A stretch of DNA of 64,000 nt from Candidatus Marinacidobacterales bacterium (GCA_965250115.1 CBDFNJ010000002.1:3841227-3905226); one strand, 5' to 3'; positions 42,275 through 59,158 are shown, numbered from the stretch's first letter. The notes: generated from the sequence alone by a model not told the origin. Numbers and translations are program-made.

Positions 42275-44353
42275 CTACCGACCCGTCACCTTCGCAACAA
42301 CCTCTTCGCCCACGCTCTTGGGGGCTTGCTCGTACTGATGAAAGTGCATCGTATACGTGGCGCGTCCTTGAGTGGCGGATCGAAGGTCGGTTGCGTAGCC
42401 GAACATCTCCGCCAAAGGCACCAGCGCCGTAATAACCTGAACGTTGCCTCTCGCAGCCATTCCCTGGATGCGGCCGCGCCGCGAGTTCAGATCTCCCATG
42501 ACGTCTCCCATGTAGTCTTCGGGAACGACCACTTCGACATGCATGACCGGCTCGAGCAGCACCGGGTCGGCACTGCGCACGGCACTCTTGAAGGCCATCG
42601 AGCCAGCGATCTTGAAGGCCATCTCGGAGCTGTCCACGGTGTGAAACGATCCGTCGTATAGGGTGACCGAAACGTCCACCATCGGGTAGCTCGCGAGCGG
42701 TCCCTGCTCCATCGCTTCCTTGACCCCGTTGTGTATCGCCGGAACGAACTCTTTCGGAATCGCGCCGCCGTGGATTTTGTTGACGAACTCGAACTTGACG
42801 CCAGGCTTCGGCTCGACCTGGATCCATACGTGACCGAACTGCCCCCGGCCACCGCTCTGTCGGATGTAACGCCCCTCGGCCTTGGCGGTCGCGCGAATCG
42901 TCTCCTTGTAGGCCACCTGAGGCTTTCCCACGCCGGCCGCCACGTTGAACTCGCGCAGGAGACGATCGACGACTATCTCGAGATGGAGCTCGCCCATACC
43001 GCTTATGATGGTCTGGGCCGTGTCAGGATCCGTGAAGACTTTGAAGGTCGGGTCTTCCTGAGTGAGCTTCGAAAGTGCAACACCCAGCTTCTCCTGGTCC
43101 GCTTTTGTCTTGGGCTCGATAACGACGGAAATCACCGGCTCGGGGAAATCCATTGACTCGAGGACAACGGGATGATCCGCGTCGCAAATGGTGTCGCCAG
43201 TCTGTACGTTGCGGAGGCCGACTGCGGCGGCGATGTCACCAGAGTAGACGGCCTTGATGTCCTCCCGCTTGTTGGCGTGCATCTTCAGGAGGCGGCCGAT
43301 GCGATAGGTCTTGCCCGTACCAGAGTTGAGAACGTGGGATCCGGATTCGAGGTAGCCGGAGTAGACGCGAAAGAAAGCGAGCTGTCCGACGTAGGGATCC
43401 GTCATGATCTTGAAGATCAGGGCCGAGAACGGTGCATTGTCATCGGAGGGCCGCCCGATCGGCTCCTCGGAATCGACGGAGGTCCCGACGATCGGAGGAA
43501 CGTCTGTCGGTGAGGGTAGAAAGTCCACGACCGCATCGAGCAGAGGTTGAACCCCCTTGTTCTTGAACGACGAGCCGCAGAGCACGGGGACAAGCTTGAG
43601 CCCGATGGCCCCCTTCCGCAGACCAGCCAGGATCTCGTCCTCGGAGACACCTTCGCCCTCGAGATATTTCGCCATCAGCGCGTCGTCCGCCTCGCAGGCG
43701 GCCTCGATGAGCTTCTCGCGCGCTTGCTTGGCGTCCGCCGCGAGCTCACTGGGAATCTCCGTCAACTCGTATTCCGCACCGAGCGTCTCGTCCTTGTAGA
43801 CAACGGCCCTGTTTCGAACGAGATCGACCACCCCTACGAATTTCTCCTCGGCGCCAATCGGAATTTGAATCGGGACCGGATTCGAACCGAGTCGCTCGCG
43901 GATCATGGACACCGCTCGAGGAAAATCAGCACCGGCGCGATCCATCTTGTTCACCAAAGCAATGCGGGGAACTCCGTACTTGTCGGCTTGCCGCCACACC
44001 GTCTCCGACTGGGGCTCGACCCCTCCCACCGCACAGAAGACGGCGACCGCGCCGTCCAAAACTCGGAGGGAGCGCTCCACTTCGGCGGTGAAATCCACGT
44101 GTCCCGGCGTGTCGATAATATTGATGCGGTAATCCTTCCAGAAGCACGTGGTCGCCGCCGACGTAATGGTAATGCCGCGCTCTTGCTCCTGCTTCATCCA
44201 ATCCATGGTGGCAGTACCCTCGTGAACCTCGCCCAGCTTGTAGGTGATGCCGGTGTAATAGAGGATGCGCTCCGTCGTCGTCGTCTTACCGGCATCGATG
44301 TGGGCCATGATGCCGATATTGCGCGTCCTCGAAAGAGGTACCTTGCGGGCCAT
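42275..44353 (-). CDS. fusA: Elongation factor G (canonical, str operon)
   Basis: [29 protein letters not shown]; 692 aa. Confidence 0.98.
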   Translation of the reverse strand: MARKVPLSRTRNIGIMAHIDAGKTTTTERILYYTGITYKLGEVHEGTATMDWMKQEQERGITITSAATTCFWKDYRINIIDTPGHVDFTAEVERSLRVLDGAVAVFCAVGGVEPQSETVWRQADKYGVPRIALVNKMDRAGADFPRAVSMIRERLGSNPVPIQIPIGAEEKFVGVVDLVRNRAVVYKDETLGAEYELTEIPSELAADAKQAREKLIEAACEADDALMAKYLEGEGVSEDEILAGLRKGAIGLKLVPVLCGSSFKNKGVQPLLDAVVDFLPSPTDVPPIVGTSVDSEEPIGRPSDDNAPFSALIFKIMTDPYVGQLAFFRVYSGYLESGSHVLNSGTGKTYRIGRLLKMHANKREDIKAVYSGDIAAAVGLRNVQTGDTICDADHPVVLESMDFPEPVISVVIEPKTKADQEKLGVALSKLTQEDPTFKVFTDPDTAQTIISGMGELHLEIVVDRLLREFNVAAGVGKPQVAYKETIRATAKAEGRYIRQSGGRGQFGHVWIQVEPKPGVKFEFVNKIHGGAIPKEFVPAIHNGVKEAMEQGPLASYPMVDVSVTLYDGSFHTVDSSEMAFKIAGSMAFKSAVRSADPVLLEPVMHVEVVVPEDYMGDVMGDLNSRRGRIQGMAARGNVQVITALVPLAEMFGYATDLRSATQGRATYTMHFHQYEQAPKSVGEEVVAKVTGR

Positions 44354-44512
44354 GGTGTCGTTCTAAAATCAAACGGAAATAAGCTCTTTCCTGTCGAAAG
44401 ATTTTTTCGTTCCCTCGCCAAGGACTAGCGCCCTTGATACTAAGTAACGACATCCGGGCCGGGGAACCCAATAGCCTCGAATGCGATGCGCGAAAGCGCT
44501 AAAAGAAAAGCG

Positions 44513-44983
44513 TCACCAACGATAATGCGCGAAAGCCTTGTTGGCCTCCGCCATCCTATGCGTGTCCTCTCGCTTCTTCACCGCAACCCCCCGGTTCTGG
44601 GATGCGTCGAGGAGCTCGTTGGCGAGCTTTTCGACCATCGTCTTCTCCGGACGGGCACGGGCAAAATTGGCCAGCCACCTGAGCGCCAGAGCGGTCCTGC
44701 GCTCCGGACGCACTTCGATAGGCACCTGGTAGTTACTGCCTCCCACTCGGCGGCTCTTGACCTCCAACGTGGGCTTGACGTTATCGATCGCTTTCTTGAA
44801 GACCTTCAGAGGGTCATCCGACGTTCGCTCTTCGATCTTTTTGAGGGCTTGATATACGAGCCTCTCCGCAGTGGACTTTTTTCCTTGCTTCATGATGACG
44901 GCGATGAAGCTCGTCACCAAACCGCTGTTGTAGAGCGGATCGGGAATCGGCAACCGCTTCTGTACTTCTCGTCGCCTTGGCAT
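44513..44983 (-). CDS. rpsG: 30S ribosomal protein S7
   Basis: [10 protein letters not shown]...[20 protein letters not shown]. Confidence 0.97.
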   Translation of the reverse strand: MPRRREVQKRLPIPDPLYNSGLVTSFIAVIMKQGKKSTAERLVYQALKKIEERTSDDPLKVFKKAIDNVKPTLEVKSRRVGGSNYQVPIEVRPERRTALALRWLANFARARPEKTMVEKLANELLDASQNRGVAVKKREDTHRMAEANKAFAHYRW

Positions 44984-45006
44984 CTCTTCGCTCTAATCCG
45001 AACGTC

Positions 45007-45381
45007 CTACGACTTGGGTCGCTTCGTCCCGTACTTGGAGCGGCCGTTCTTCCGACCCTCCACTCCGACCGCATCGAGCGAACCGCGCACGACGTGATAG
45101 CGAACACCGGGCAGATCCTTGACGCGGCCACCCCGGATGAGAACGATCGAGTGCTCCTGCAAGTTGTGGCCGACGCCCGGGATGTAGGTCGTCACCTCTA
45201 TGCCGTTAGTCAATCGGACTCGCGCCACTTTTCGAAGCGCCGAGTTTGGCTTCTTTGGTGTCGAAATGAAGACACGGATGCACACGCCACGCCTCTGGGG
45301 ACATCGCTGGAGCGCCGGGCTATCTGTTTTGGAGCCCGTTCGCTTTCGCCCCTTCCGAACCAGCTGACTAAAAGTTGGCAA
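45007..45381 (-). CDS. rpsL: 30S ribosomal protein S12 (TTG start)
   Basis: (M)[11 protein letters not shown]...[16 protein letters not shown]. The codon at 45379-45381 is TTG. Confidence 0.96.
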   Translation of the reverse strand: MPTFSQLVRKGRKRTGSKTDSPALQRCPQRRGVCIRVFISTPKKPNSALRKVARVRLTNGIEVTTYIPGVGHNLQEHSIVLIRGGRVKDLPGVRYHVVRGSLDAVGVEGRKNGRSKYGTKRPKS

Positions 45382-45417
45382 TTCCTAAATCACTCTCTGC
45401 TAAATACTTAACGCCGC

Positions 45418-45451
45418 AAAAGAAATCCCGAAACCTAAGACCGGCTTCGGG
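45418..45451 (-). terminator. Terminator-like hairpin plus U-tract in the rpsL leader (possible rpoC terminator or r-protein leader/attenuator)
   Basis: Minus-strand RNA CCCGAAGCC-GGUCUUA-GGUUUCGGG (9-bp stem, one GU pair) followed by AUUUCUUUU, about 35 nt upstream of the rpsL start. Confidence 0.4.
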
Positions 45452-45462
45452 ACAACCCGCCG

Positions 45463-45491
45463 AGTCTAACAACGACAGCGCGAACTGTCAA
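45463..45491 (-). promoter_or_regulatory. Candidate sigma70 promoter upstream of rpsL (TTGACA-17 nt-TAGACT)
   Basis: Minus strand: perfect -35 TTGACA (45486-45491), 17-nt spacer, -10 TAGACT (45463-45468). Confidence 0.4.
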
Positions 45492-45715
45492 GCTCTAAAC
45501 CGCTGCAACGGCTCGTCCTTCTAGTGCTCACTCGCCTCTTCGGCTCGTTCGCTCCCCTCGCTCTTCGCTCGGGGAGGACGGCCGAATTATTCGCCCTTCG
45601 GGCTCACATCTCATTCCTTCGAAGGAGCCCGATGCGGACGATTCCCTCGGAACATGCCTTCGCTCGCGCTCCGGCATGACGCGATTCCTCTCGGCCGGCT
45701 CGCATCCGCTCGCTC

Positions 45716-48700
45716 CTAGACCGACTCGATGTCCTCCGCTGAGGTCTGCCCTTCCACGAGGTACTGCATTTCCAAATCGAGATCCTCTCCTGGAAGCTCC
45801 GGCTGACGCTCGAGGGGCTGGGCGTCCGCAATGACCACCTGGCGGTGGACCTCCAGGCCCGTTCCAGCTGGAATGAGGCGACCCATGATCACGTTCTCCT
45901 TCAAACCGCGGAGATAGTCCACCCGTCCACTAATGCTCGCTTCGGTGAGAACTCGGGTCGTCTCCTGGAAGGACGCCGCCGAGATGAAGCTGTCTGTCGA
46001 TAGCGACGCCTTGGTGATGCCGAGCAGCAGGGGTCGGCCCGTAGCGGGACGCCAGCCAGCCGCGACGACCTTCTCATTGGCCTCGGTGAACTTGAATCGG
46101 TCGATGGTCTCGTCGATCAGAAGCTCGGTGTCTCCGACCGTTTCGACCTTCACCCAACGCATCATCTGCCGGACAATGACCTCGATGTGCTTGTCGTTGA
46201 TCAGAACACCCTGGAGTCGATAGACCTCCTGGATCTCGTTGACGAGATATTCTTGAAGGGCACCCTCACCGAGCACATTCAAGATGTCGTGCGGGTTGAT
46301 GGGCCCGTCCATCAATGGCTCACCGGCCTTGACCCGTTCACCCTCTTGGACGTTGATGTGGACGCCACGCGGAACAGCATACTCGCGGGCCTCGGCGGTT
46401 TCCGAGACGACCGAGATCTTCCGCATACCCTTGGCGATGCCACCGTAGTTGATGACGCCGTCGACCTCCGTGATGACCGCGGGGTCCTTTGGCTTCCGGG
46501 CCTCGAAGAGCTCGACGACTCGAGGCAGACCGCCCGTGATGTCTTTGGTCTTCGTCGTCTCTCGAGGAATCTTCGCGAGGACCGCGCCCGGTCGGACCTC
46601 GTCACCATCGGCCACCATCAAGTGGGCACCGGACGGAAGAAGGTAGCTCTTGACCTCCCTCCGTTTGGCATCCTTGATGATGATCGTCGGCTGACGTTTC
46701 TCGTCCGCCGATTCCACGATGACGGGCATGGAGAGACCTGTGACCTCGTCCACCTCCTCGTGCACGGTGACGCCTTGCACAACATCCTTGAAGTGCGCGG
46801 TCCCGCCCTCTTCTGTGAGGATGGAGAAGGTATAGGGGTCCCACTCGACGAAAGTCACGTTCTCCTCGATCCCCTGACCGTCTTTCACCTTGAGCCGAGC
46901 GCCGTAGACGACGGGATAACGCTCGCGCTCCCGACCCTTGTCGTCCAGGATAAGGATCTGCCCCGCCCGGTTCATGACGACGAGGTCACCACCTCGATCC
47001 TTTACGGTGGAGAGGTTGACGAACTTGACCGTCCCTGTGTTCTTGGACTCGAGAGTCGACTGCTCCGCGACGCGGCTCGCGGTGCCACCGATGTGGAAAG
47101 TACGCATCGTGAGCTGCGTTCCGGGCTCTCCAATCGACTGGGCCGCGATGACGCCGACCGCCTCACCGTGATCGACGAGTCGGCCGCTCGCGAGGTTGCG
47201 ACCGTAGCACTGGGCGCAGACGCCGCGCAGGGACTCGCAGGTCAGAACCGAACGAATCTTGACGCGGTCGACGCCGGTGTTCTGGACGGAATTGGCGACG
47301 GCTTCGGTGATCTCCTCGTTGGGAGAGATGATGGTCTCACCAGTGAAGCTGTCCTTGATGGTCTCGAGGCTGACCCGTCCCACGATGCGATCGCGGAGAG
47401 CTTCGATGACCTCGCCGGCTTCGATGATCGCCCCCACGTAGATCCCGCTGACGGTACCGCAGTCGTCCTCGGAGATGATTACGTCCTGAGCGACATCGAC
47501 GAGGCGCCGCGTGAGGTAGCCCGAATCCGCCGTCTTGAGAGCGGTATCGGCCAGACCCTTCCGCGCGCCGTGAGTCGAGATGAAGTACTGCAACACCGTA
47601 AGGCCTTCCCGGAAATTGCTCGTGATGGGCGTCTCGATGATCTCGCCCGACGGCTTCGCCATGAGGCCCCGCATGCCGGCAAGCTGACGAATTTGCTGTT
47701 TGCTGCCTCGAGCTCCGGAATCCGCCATCATGTAGACCGGATTGAAAAGCGCGTTGTCTCGCTCTTGACGCTCCATCTCTTCGAACATCTCTTGCGCGAC
47801 CTTGTCGGTGACGTTCGACCAAATGGCAATGACCTTGTTGTAGCGCTCGCCTTTCGTGATCGCGCCCTCGCGGTACTGATCGTCGACTTCCTTGACCTCG
47901 GAGAGCGCTCGATCGACGAGCTGGTTCTTCTCGCTCGGGATGACGAGATCTTCGATCCCGATGGAAACGCCACTCTTCGTCGCGTAGAGGAATCCCAGCT
48001 GTTTCAAGGAGTCCAGCATCTCGACCGTCATTTCGAGACCGTGGCGGAGATAACAGAAATTGACGAGGTTGCCGAGACCCTTCTTCTTGAAGAGCCCATT
48101 GATGAAGGGAATCTCAGGAGGCAAACTGTCGTTGAAGATCACACGACCCACGGTCGTCTCGACGATCTCGTTCTCGAACTCGACGAGCTCAGCGTGAACG
48201 ACGTCCTGATGGTTGAAGGCTGTCGTGAGATCGATGAACTCGCCCGTGTACAAGAGCCGGATAGGAGACAGCATCTCCAATGCTCCGGCTTCGAGCGCGA
48301 GCATGACGTCGTCCATCGACGCGAAAGCGCAACCCTCGCCCTTGGCGCCTTTCTTTTCTTTCGTCAAGTAGTAGCATCCGAGCACCATGTCCTGAGTTGG
48401 AATGGCGAGAGGCTGTCCATTGGCGGGCGAAAGAATATTGCGCGAGGCCAGCATGAGCATCGATGCCTCGATCTGGGATTCCGGCGATAGCGGAATATGG
48501 ACCGCCATCTGATCACCGTCGAAGTCCGCATTGAATGCGGTACAAACGAGGGGGTGGATCCGGATCGCCTTGCCCTCCACGAGAACCGGCTCGAAGGCCT
48601 GAATCCCCAACCGGTGCAGGGTGGGGGCTCTATTCAGGAGCACTGGATGCTCTCGAATGACCTCTTCGAGAAAGTCCCATACCTCGGGTCTCTGAGCCTC

Positions 48701-49903
48701 GACCATTTCCTTTGCGGCCTTGATCGTCGTCGCAAGACCGACCTGCTCGAGCTTGTTGTAGATGAACGGCTTGAAGAGCTCAAGCGCCATCTTCTTGGGA
48801 AGCCCGCACTGGTGGAGATGGAGCTCAGGGCCGACCACGATGACGGAACGCCCGGAGTAGTCGACACGTTTTCCGAGCAAGTTCTGGCGGAAGCGTCCTT
48901 GCTTGCCCTTGAGCGTATCGGACAGAGATTTCAACGGACGGTTGTTGGCGCCGCGAAGAACTCGACCCCGGCGACCGTTGTCGAACAGAGCGTCGACAGC
49001 TTCCTGGAGCATGCGCTTCTCGTTGCGCACGATCACGTCGGGGGCCTTCAACTCCATGAGCTTCTTCAATCGATTGTTGCGATTGATGACGCGGCGATAG
49101 AGATCGTTGAGGTCACTCGTCGCGAAACGACCGCCGTCGAGAGGCACGAGAGGCCGGAGCTCCGGCGGGATGACGGGGATGACGTCTAGAATCATCCACT
49201 CGGGCCGATTGTTCGACTTGCGGAAAGCCTCGACGACCTTGAGACGCTTGGCGAATTTCAACTTCTTCTGAAGCGATGTCTCGGTCTTCATCGCCTCCCG
49301 AAGGTCTTCGGAGAGCTCCTCGATCTCGATGCGTCGCAGAAGCTCTTTGATCGCCTCCGCGCCCATTTCGGCCTGGAACTTCTGCTTGTGCTCCTGGCGC
49401 ATCTCGCGATACCGCTCTTCGGAGAGAAGCTCCTTTTCCTTGAGCGGAGTGTCTCCGGGATCGATCACGACGTAGGACTCGAAGTAAAGGACTCTCTCCA
49501 GGTCGCGCAGAGACATATCTAGCAGATGCCCGATTCGACTCGGCAGGCCCTTGAAGAACCAGACGTGCGAAACGGGGCAGGCGAGCTCGATGTGAGCGAG
49601 CCTCTCTCGGCGCACCTTGGACTGAGTCACTTCGACGCCGCATTTGTCGCAGATGACCCCCCGGTGTTTCATGCGTTTGTACTTGCCGCATAGGCACTCC
49701 CAGTCGGCCACCGGGCCGAAGATCTTCGCGCAGAACAAGCCATCTCGTTCAGGCTTGAAAGTGCGGTAGTTGATCGTTTCCGGCTTCGTCACCTCGCCGT
49801 GAGACCAGGCCCGAATCTTCTCTGGAGATGCCAGACTGATCTTGATGGCATCGAAGTCCACCACGAGGTTGCCTTTGTCGCGAAGGGTTGCGAAGGCTTT
49901 CAA
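45716..49903 (-). CDS. rpoC: DNA-directed RNA polymerase beta' subunit (TTG start with GGGAGGAAG SD)
   Basis: 1395 aa. Zn finger [20 protein letters not shown] and the catalytic NADFDGD motif. Confidence 0.98.
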   Translation of the reverse strand: MKAFATLRDKGNLVVDFDAIKISLASPEKIRAWSHGEVTKPETINYRTFKPERDGLFCAKIFGPVADWECLCGKYKRMKHRGVICDKCGVEVTQSKVRRERLAHIELACPVSHVWFFKGLPSRIGHLLDMSLRDLERVLYFESYVVIDPGDTPLKEKELLSEERYREMRQEHKQKFQAEMGAEAIKELLRRIEIEELSEDLREAMKTETSLQKKLKFAKRLKVVEAFRKSNNRPEWMILDVIPVIPPELRPLVPLDGGRFATSDLNDLYRRVINRNNRLKKLMELKAPDVIVRNEKRMLQEAVDALFDNGRRGRVLRGANNRPLKSLSDTLKGKQGRFRQNLLGKRVDYSGRSVIVVGPELHLHQCGLPKKMALELFKPFIYNKLEQVGLATTIKAAKEMVEAQRPEVWDFLEEVIREHPVLLNRAPTLHRLGIQAFEPVLVEGKAIRIHPLVCTAFNADFDGDQMAVHIPLSPESQIEASMLMLASRNILSPANGQPLAIPTQDMVLGCYYLTKEKKGAKGEGCAFASMDDVMLALEAGALEMLSPIRLLYTGEFIDLTTAFNHQDVVHAELVEFENEIVETTVGRVIFNDSLPPEIPFINGLFKKKGLGNLVNFCYLRHGLEMTVEMLDSLKQLGFLYATKSGVSIGIEDLVIPSEKNQLVDRALSEVKEVDDQYREGAITKGERYNKVIAIWSNVTDKVAQEMFEEMERQERDNALFNPVYMMADSGARGSKQQIRQLAGMRGLMAKPSGEIIETPITSNFREGLTVLQYFISTHGARKGLADTALKTADSGYLTRRLVDVAQDVIISEDDCGTVSGIYVGAIIEAGEVIEALRDRIVGRVSLETIKDSFTGETIISPNEEITEAVANSVQNTGVDRVKIRSVLTCESLRGVCAQCYGRNLASGRLVDHGEAVGVIAAQSIGEPGTQLTMRTFHIGGTASRVAEQSTLESKNTGTVKFVNLSTVKDRGGDLVVMNRAGQILILDDKGRERERYPVVYGARLKVKDGQGIEENVTFVEWDPYTFSILTEEGGTAHFKDVVQGVTVHEEVDEVTGLSMPVIVESADEKRQPTIIIKDAKRREVKSYLLPSGAHLMVADGDEVRPGAVLAKIPRETTKTKDITGGLPRVVELFEARKPKDPAVITEVDGVINYGGIAKGMRKISVVSETAEAREYAVPRGVHINVQEGERVKAGEPLMDGPINPHDILNVLGEGALQEYLVNEIQEVYRLQGVLINDKHIEVIVRQMMRWVKVETVGDTELLIDETIDRFKFTEANEKVVAAGWRPATGRPLLLGITKASLSTDSFISAASFQETTRVLTEASISGRVDYLRGLKENVIMGRLIPAGTGLEVHRQVVIADAQPLERQPELPGEDLDLEMQYLVEGQTSAEDIESV

Positions 49904-49960
49904 GTTCTTCCTCCCGATCTAGTTACGAAACAATGTTGCGAAACATCGAAGGTGCCCCTG

Positions 49961-54250
<4,290 letters not shown>

Positions 54251-54296
54251 CTTGCGTTCAGACTCCTAGCTACGAAACGACACAAAGGCACACGAA

Positions 54297-54317
54297 GACC
54301 GCCGAGCGTCGGCGGTC
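54297..54317 (-). terminator. Hairpin in the rplL-rpoB spacer (candidate partial terminator/attenuator)
   Basis: GACCGCCGA-CGC-UCGGCGGUC (9-bp GC-rich stem) followed by U-rich UUCGUGUGCCUUUGUGUCGUUU. The position matches the known rplL-rpoB attenuator of E. coli. Confidence 0.5.
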
Positions 54318-54346
54318 TCGAACGACGTTGTTGGAAACGACAAGAG

Positions 54347-54736
54347 CTATTTCAGCTCCACCTGCGCTCCTGCCGCCTCGAACTTCTTCTTGATTTCCTC
54401 AGCCTCGTCCTTGGGAATGCCTTCCTTGACGGGCTTCGGCGCAGCTTCGACGAGATCCTTCGCTTCTTTCAAACCGAGACTGGTTACCTCGCGAACGGCC
54501 TTGATCACGTTAATCTTCTTGTCACCGATGGCGGTGAGGATCACGTCGAACTCGGTCTTTTCCTCGGCGGCCTCGGCGGCCCCGACGCCGGCCAGACCCG
54601 CCATCACTCCCATGGGCATCGCGGCTGCGGCCTGAACTCCGAGCTCGTTTTCGAGCTTCTTGACCATCTCGGACACTTCGAGAACCGACATGCCCTTGAT
54701 GTAGTCGATGACATCCTTTTGGTTTAGCTCTGGCAT
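54347..54736 (-). CDS. rplL: 50S ribosomal protein L7/L12
   Basis: Ala-rich hinge and [18 protein letters not shown]...[18 protein letters not shown]. Confidence 0.97.
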   Translation of the reverse strand: MPELNQKDVIDYIKGMSVLEVSEMVKKLENELGVQAAAAMPMGVMAGLAGVGAAEAAEEKTEFDVILTAIGDKKINVIKAVREVTSLGLKEAKDLVEAAPKPVKEGIPKDEAEEIKKKFEAAGAQVELK

Positions 54737-54793
54737 TTATTGCTCCTTGAATCGTTTTCCATGAATGGTCCGTTGATTCGGATATCGTTTTCG

Positions 54794-55312
54794 TTAAGAG
54801 ACTTTCTTCTCGGAAGCCGCCTTCAAGACCAGCACGAGATCCCGTGCGGGAGCCTGCAGGACGCCGAGAAGGTTGCGAATGGGAGCCTGCAGGACGGAGA
54901 GCAGTTGACTGAGCAACTGCTCCCTGCTCGGCAAATCGGCCAAGGCCTTGAACTGACCCGCATCGAGCACCTTGTCGTCGAGGACGCCCTTTTTGAATGC
55001 GATCGCTGGAACGGTCTTGGCGAAGTCGCTGATGGTTTTGGCGAGCGCGACCGGATCCTCAGTCGTAAAGGCGAGTCCAGTCATTCCGATGAAATGGGGC
55101 TCGAGCGACGTAAAGTTTGTTCCTTCGAGCGCCCGCTTCGCCAGCGTGTTCTTCACGACTCGATAGTGGGCCCCCGTCTCCCGTATCTTCCGTCGAAATT
55201 CCGTGACCTCGGACACCTTGAGGCCTCGATAGTCGAAAACGAAAACGGCGGCGAGGGAGCCAAGATCCTCGTTCAGTCGTTCGATGCTAGCTTGCTTCTC
55301 GGTTCGATTCAC
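54794..55312 (-). CDS. rplJ: 50S ribosomal protein L10
   Basis: Position between rplA and rpl[19 protein letters not shown]. Confidence 0.95.
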   Translation of the reverse strand: MNRTEKQASIERLNEDLGSLAAVFVFDYRGLKVSEVTEFRRKIRETGAHYRVVKNTLAKRALEGTNFTSLEPHFIGMTGLAFTTEDPVALAKTISDFAKTVPAIAFKKGVLDDKVLDAGQFKALADLPSREQLLSQLLSVLQAPIRNLLGVLQAPARDLVLVLKAASEKKVS

Positions 55313-55335
55313 AGCTTGTCCCTTTTCCTCCGTGC

Positions 55336-56028
55336 CTACTTGGCACCCACCGCGATGGGATCGATCCGAACTCCCGGTCCCATGGTCGAAGAGATGGCGA
55401 TGCTCTTGACGTACTTACCCTTGGCGGCCGCCGGTTTGGCTTTGAGCACGTTGTCGATCAGCGTCTTCAAATTTTCCAGCAGCTTGTCTTCGGGGAACGA
55501 CATCTTGCCCACGGGCGCATGGACGATGGCGGTCTTGTCCACCCGAAACTCGACCTTGCCCGCCTTGATCTCGTTCACTGCCTTGGCGACTTCGAATGTA
55601 ACCGTACCCGTCTTGGGATTGGGCATGAGACCTCGAGGGCCGAGGATCTTTCCGAGCTTGCCGACACTCCGCATCATGTCGGGAGTTGCAACAACGGCGT
55701 CGAAGTCCATGAACCCCTTCTGGATCTTTTCCACGAGATCGTCGCCTCCAACGATCTCGGCGCCTGCGTCTTCGGCTTCCTTCATTTTCTCGCCACTCGC
55801 GACGACGCAGACTCGACGCGAGACACCGAGTCCGTGGGGAAGTACGACCGTGCCCCGAACCATCTGATCGGCATGCTTCGGATTGACGCCGAGCCGGATC
55901 GCAACCTCGAGGGTCTCGTCGAAGTTGACGTATATCGCCTTCTTGACGAGTCCCAGCGCCTCCTCGAGACTCTGAGAGGGCTCGTCGCCGACCCCTTCCT
56001 TCGCTTTCTTGTATTTCTTTCCAGCCAT
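55336..56028 (-). CDS. rplA: 50S ribosomal protein L1
   Basis: [31 protein letters not shown]. Confidence 0.97.
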   Translation of the reverse strand: MAGKKYKKAKEGVGDEPSQSLEEALGLVKKAIYVNFDETLEVAIRLGVNPKHADQMVRGTVVLPHGLGVSRRVCVVASGEKMKEAEDAGAEIVGGDDLVEKIQKGFMDFDAVVATPDMMRSVGKLGKILGPRGLMPNPKTGTVTFEVAKAVNEIKAGKVEFRVDKTAIVHAPVGKMSFPEDKLLENLKTLIDNVLKAKPAAAKGKYVKSIAISSTMGPGVRIDPIAVGAK

Positions 56029-56062
56029 CGTTGCTCTCCGAGCTTTTCTATCGAACCGTCCG

Positions 56063-56491
56063 CTAACCGGGAATGACCTCGAGCCCCATGCTTCGCGCCG
56101 TTCCGGCGACGATTCGTTTCGCCCCTTCGACGTCGGCCGCGTTCAAATCCGGCATCTTGGTCCTGGCGATCTCCTCGACCTGCTTCTCCGTCACCTTGCC
56201 TACCTTGTTGCGATTGGGCTCGCCCGAGCCTTTCGCGATACCGGCGGCCCGCTTGAGCAGGACGGCGGCGGGGGGGGTCTTGGTAATGAAGGAGTAGGAG
56301 CGGTCGTGGTACACGGTGATCACCACCGGGATGATCAACCCCTCCTGCTTCGCCGTCTTGGCGTTGAAGGCCTTGCAGAAATCCATGATGTTGACTTGGT
56401 GCTGGCCGAGAGCGGGGCCTACCGGGGGCGCCGGCGTCGCCTTGCCGGCGGGGATCTGGAGCTTGATGTAGCCAGTGATCTTTTTTGCCAT
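56063..56491 (-). CDS. rplK: 50S ribosomal protein L11
   Basis: [35 protein letters not shown]. Confidence 0.97.
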   Translation of the reverse strand: MAKKITGYIKLQIPAGKATPAPPVGPALGQHQVNIMDFCKAFNAKTAKQEGLIIPVVITVYHDRSYSFITKTPPAAVLLKRAAGIAKGSGEPNRNKVGKVTEKQVEEIARTKMPDLNAADVEGAKRIVAGTARSMGLEVIPG

Positions 56492-56497
56492 GACCCT

Positions 56498-57031
56498 TTA
56501 CGTCTTCTCCACCTGTAGGAAGTCGAGCTCCACCGGTGTGGAACGACCGAAAATGGTCACCATGACTTTCAACGTGTTCCGGTCGCTATTGACCTCATCC
56601 ACGGTTCCGGAGAAATTGCTGAACGGTCCATCGATGATGCGGACCGTTTCACCGGATTCGAATGTGTATTTCGGTTTCGGTTTCTCGGCCGCGGCCACCG
56701 TGACCTGGTGGATGACTTGTTGCACCTCTTCGTCGGTCAAGGGGGCCGGCTTCTGACCCGCGCCCACGAAACCCGTGACCTTCGGGGTGTTCTTGACCAC
56801 GTGCCACGTTTCGTCGTTCATCTCCATCTGAACGAGCACATAGCCCGGGAAAAACCTCTTTGCGCTGACGACCTTCTTGCCGCCTTTCATTTCGACGACG
56901 TCCTCGGTCGGGATCAAAACCTCACCGATCTGTTCCTCGAGACCGAATGCGGTCACGCGCTGCTTCAAACTCTCCGCCACTTTTTTCTCGAAGCCAGAGT
57001 AGGTGTGGACGATGTACCAGTGTTTTGCCAT
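56498..57031 (-). CDS. nusG: Transcription termination/antitermination factor NusG
   Basis: Start preferred at ATG 57031 ([18 protein letters not shown]) over the GTG at 57043. KOW motif at the C-terminus. Confidence 0.95.
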   Translation of the reverse strand: MAKHWYIVHTYSGFEKKVAESLKQRVTAFGLEEQIGEVLIPTEDVVEMKGGKKVVSAKRFFPGYVLVQMEMNDETWHVVKNTPKVTGFVGAGQKPAPLTDEEVQQVIHQVTVAAAEKPKPKYTFESGETVRIIDGPFSNFSGTVDEVNSDRNTLKVMVTIFGRSTPVELDFLQVEKT

Positions 57032-57043
57032 GGTTTCCTGCAC

Positions 57044-57256
57044 CTAGGCTCCCACGAGCCGCGTCAGCGCAGCAGCCAAATAGGACATCGCCACATCGAG
57101 TCCGTATAGATAGAATCCGAAAAAAAACACAGTAATAATGACGACGGTCGTCGTACCGTAGACCTCCCGACGAGGCGGCCAGGTCACTTTCTTGAACTCG
57201 CTTCGAACTTCGACGCTAAACGTCCGGAGCCGCTTGAAATAGTCGAAGATTTTCAA
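57044..57256 (-). CDS. secE: Preprotein translocase subunit SecE (TTG start)
   Basis: (M)KIFDYFKRLRTFSVEVRSEFKKVTWPPRREV plus one TM. TTG 57256 with GAAGGTGAG SD. A longer ORF would run into tRNA-Trp. Confidence 0.85.
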   Translation of the reverse strand: MKIFDYFKRLRTFSVEVRSEFKKVTWPPRREVYGTTTVVIITVFFFGFYLYGLDVAMSYLAAALTRLVGA

Positions 57257-57283
57257 TCGCTCACCTTCCCCATGCGCTCCGAC

Positions 57284-57359
57284 TGGCAGGCCAGGAGGGA
57301 CTTGAACCCCCAACCCCCGGTTTTGGAGACCGGTGCTCTGCCAATTGAGCTACTGGCCT
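57284..57359 (-). tRNA. tRNA-Trp (anticodon CCA), CCA end encoded
   Basis: Hand-folded: AGGCCAG-TA-GCTC..GAGC-A-CCGGT-CTCCAAA-ACCGG-..-GGGGG-TTCAAGT-CCCTC-CTGGCCT-G-CCA, 76 nt. Confidence 0.9.
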
Positions 57360-57510
57360 ATTTCGTCTCCTTGTGGAGAACGTGCGCTCTACAAAAGGGG
57401 CAGTACTTCTTGAACTGCAGCCGATCCGTCTGCTTCTTCTTGTTCCGCGTAGTGGAGTAATTTCGGCGCTTGCAGTCCGAGCACGCCATGGAAACGATGT
57501 CACGCGACAT
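57358..57510 (-). CDS. rpmG: 50S ribosomal protein L33 (Cys4 zinc form)
   Basis: Not in the ORF track. My translation is [50 protein letters not shown]. The stop TAG at 57358-57360 overlaps the tRNA-Trp 5' end by 2 nt. Confidence 0.93.
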   Translation of the reverse strand: MSRDIVSMACSDCKRRNYSTTRNKKKQTDRLQFKKYCPFCRAHVLHKETK

Positions 57511-57536
57511 AAGCCTGCTCCTCTATTGAATATTAA

Positions 57537-58721
<1,185 letters not shown>

Positions 58722-58777
58722 ACTTCGTCTCCATCAGTTCCATCAGAAAAAATGCTCGCAAACAAGAAACCCGAAGC

Positions 58778-58852
<75 letters not shown>

Positions 58853-58855
58853 AGT

Positions 58856-58931
58856 TGGAGCGGGAGACGGGACTCGGACCCGCGACCCTCAGCTTGGAAG
58901 GCTGATGCTCTACCAACTGAGCTACTCCCGC
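58856..58931 (-). tRNA. tRNA-Gly (anticodon TCC), CCA encoded; T-loop reads TCCGAGT (C at position 55)
   Basis: GCGGGAG-TA-GCTC..GAGC-A-TCAGC-CTTCCAA-GCTGA-GGGTC-GCGGG-TCCGAGT-CCCGT-CTCCCGC-T-CCA. Confidence 0.85.
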
Positions 58932-58966
58932 CCAAATTTCGAAACCATCAGGTTCAGCGGCACATG

Positions 58967-59053
58967 TGGTGGAGCGGGGAGGATTCGAACCTCCGAAGGC
59001 GCAAGGCCGGCAGGTTTACAGCCTGCTGCGTTTGACCGCTTCGCTACCACTCC
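58967..59053 (-). tRNA. tRNA-Tyr (anticodon GTA), long variable arm, CCA encoded
   Basis: GGAGTGG..GCAGG-CTGTAAA-CCTGC-(15-nt variable arm)-GGAGG-TTCGAAT-CCTCC-CCGCTCC-A-CCA, 87 nt. Confidence 0.88.
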
Positions 59054-59158
59054 GTGCTCCCAAACGTTTCCAAGATCAAGATTTACCGCCTGCTCGCTCG
59101 TGCCGAGTCCAACCAAGTTTTCGCGGTCCGGGGGTAGCCACCGGTCGAAACTCAGTCG

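Noticed and set aside
44354-44512. Unusually long (159 nt) rpsG-fusA spacer; examined for a small RNA, leader or terminator.
   Set aside because: Only short 4-5 bp AU-rich or GC hairpins are present (e.g. GGAAA-N7-UUUCC followed by GUUUGAUUUU). I found nothing I can recognise or defend without covariation data.
45604-45831. 75-aa ORF spanning the rpoC stop and the rpoC-rpsL spacer. Also noted TTCGCTC-like reiterations at about 45540-45580 as a possible repeat array.
   Set aside because: The ORF overlaps the rpoC 3' end and is Arg/Ser-rich junk. The reiterations are short, irregular low-complexity sequence, not a CRISPR or tandem repeat.
46187-48490. Very long ORFs antisense to conserved genes. 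Examples: 46187..48490 (767 aa) opposite rpoC, 18006..19598, 30560..31972, 36190..37587, 49799..50998, 53501..54727, 7464..8708.
   Set aside because: They are Arg/Asp/His/Gly-rich with no recognisable motifs. They fully overlap strongly conserved genes on the other strand and are the expected stop-poor antisense frames of a high-GC genome.
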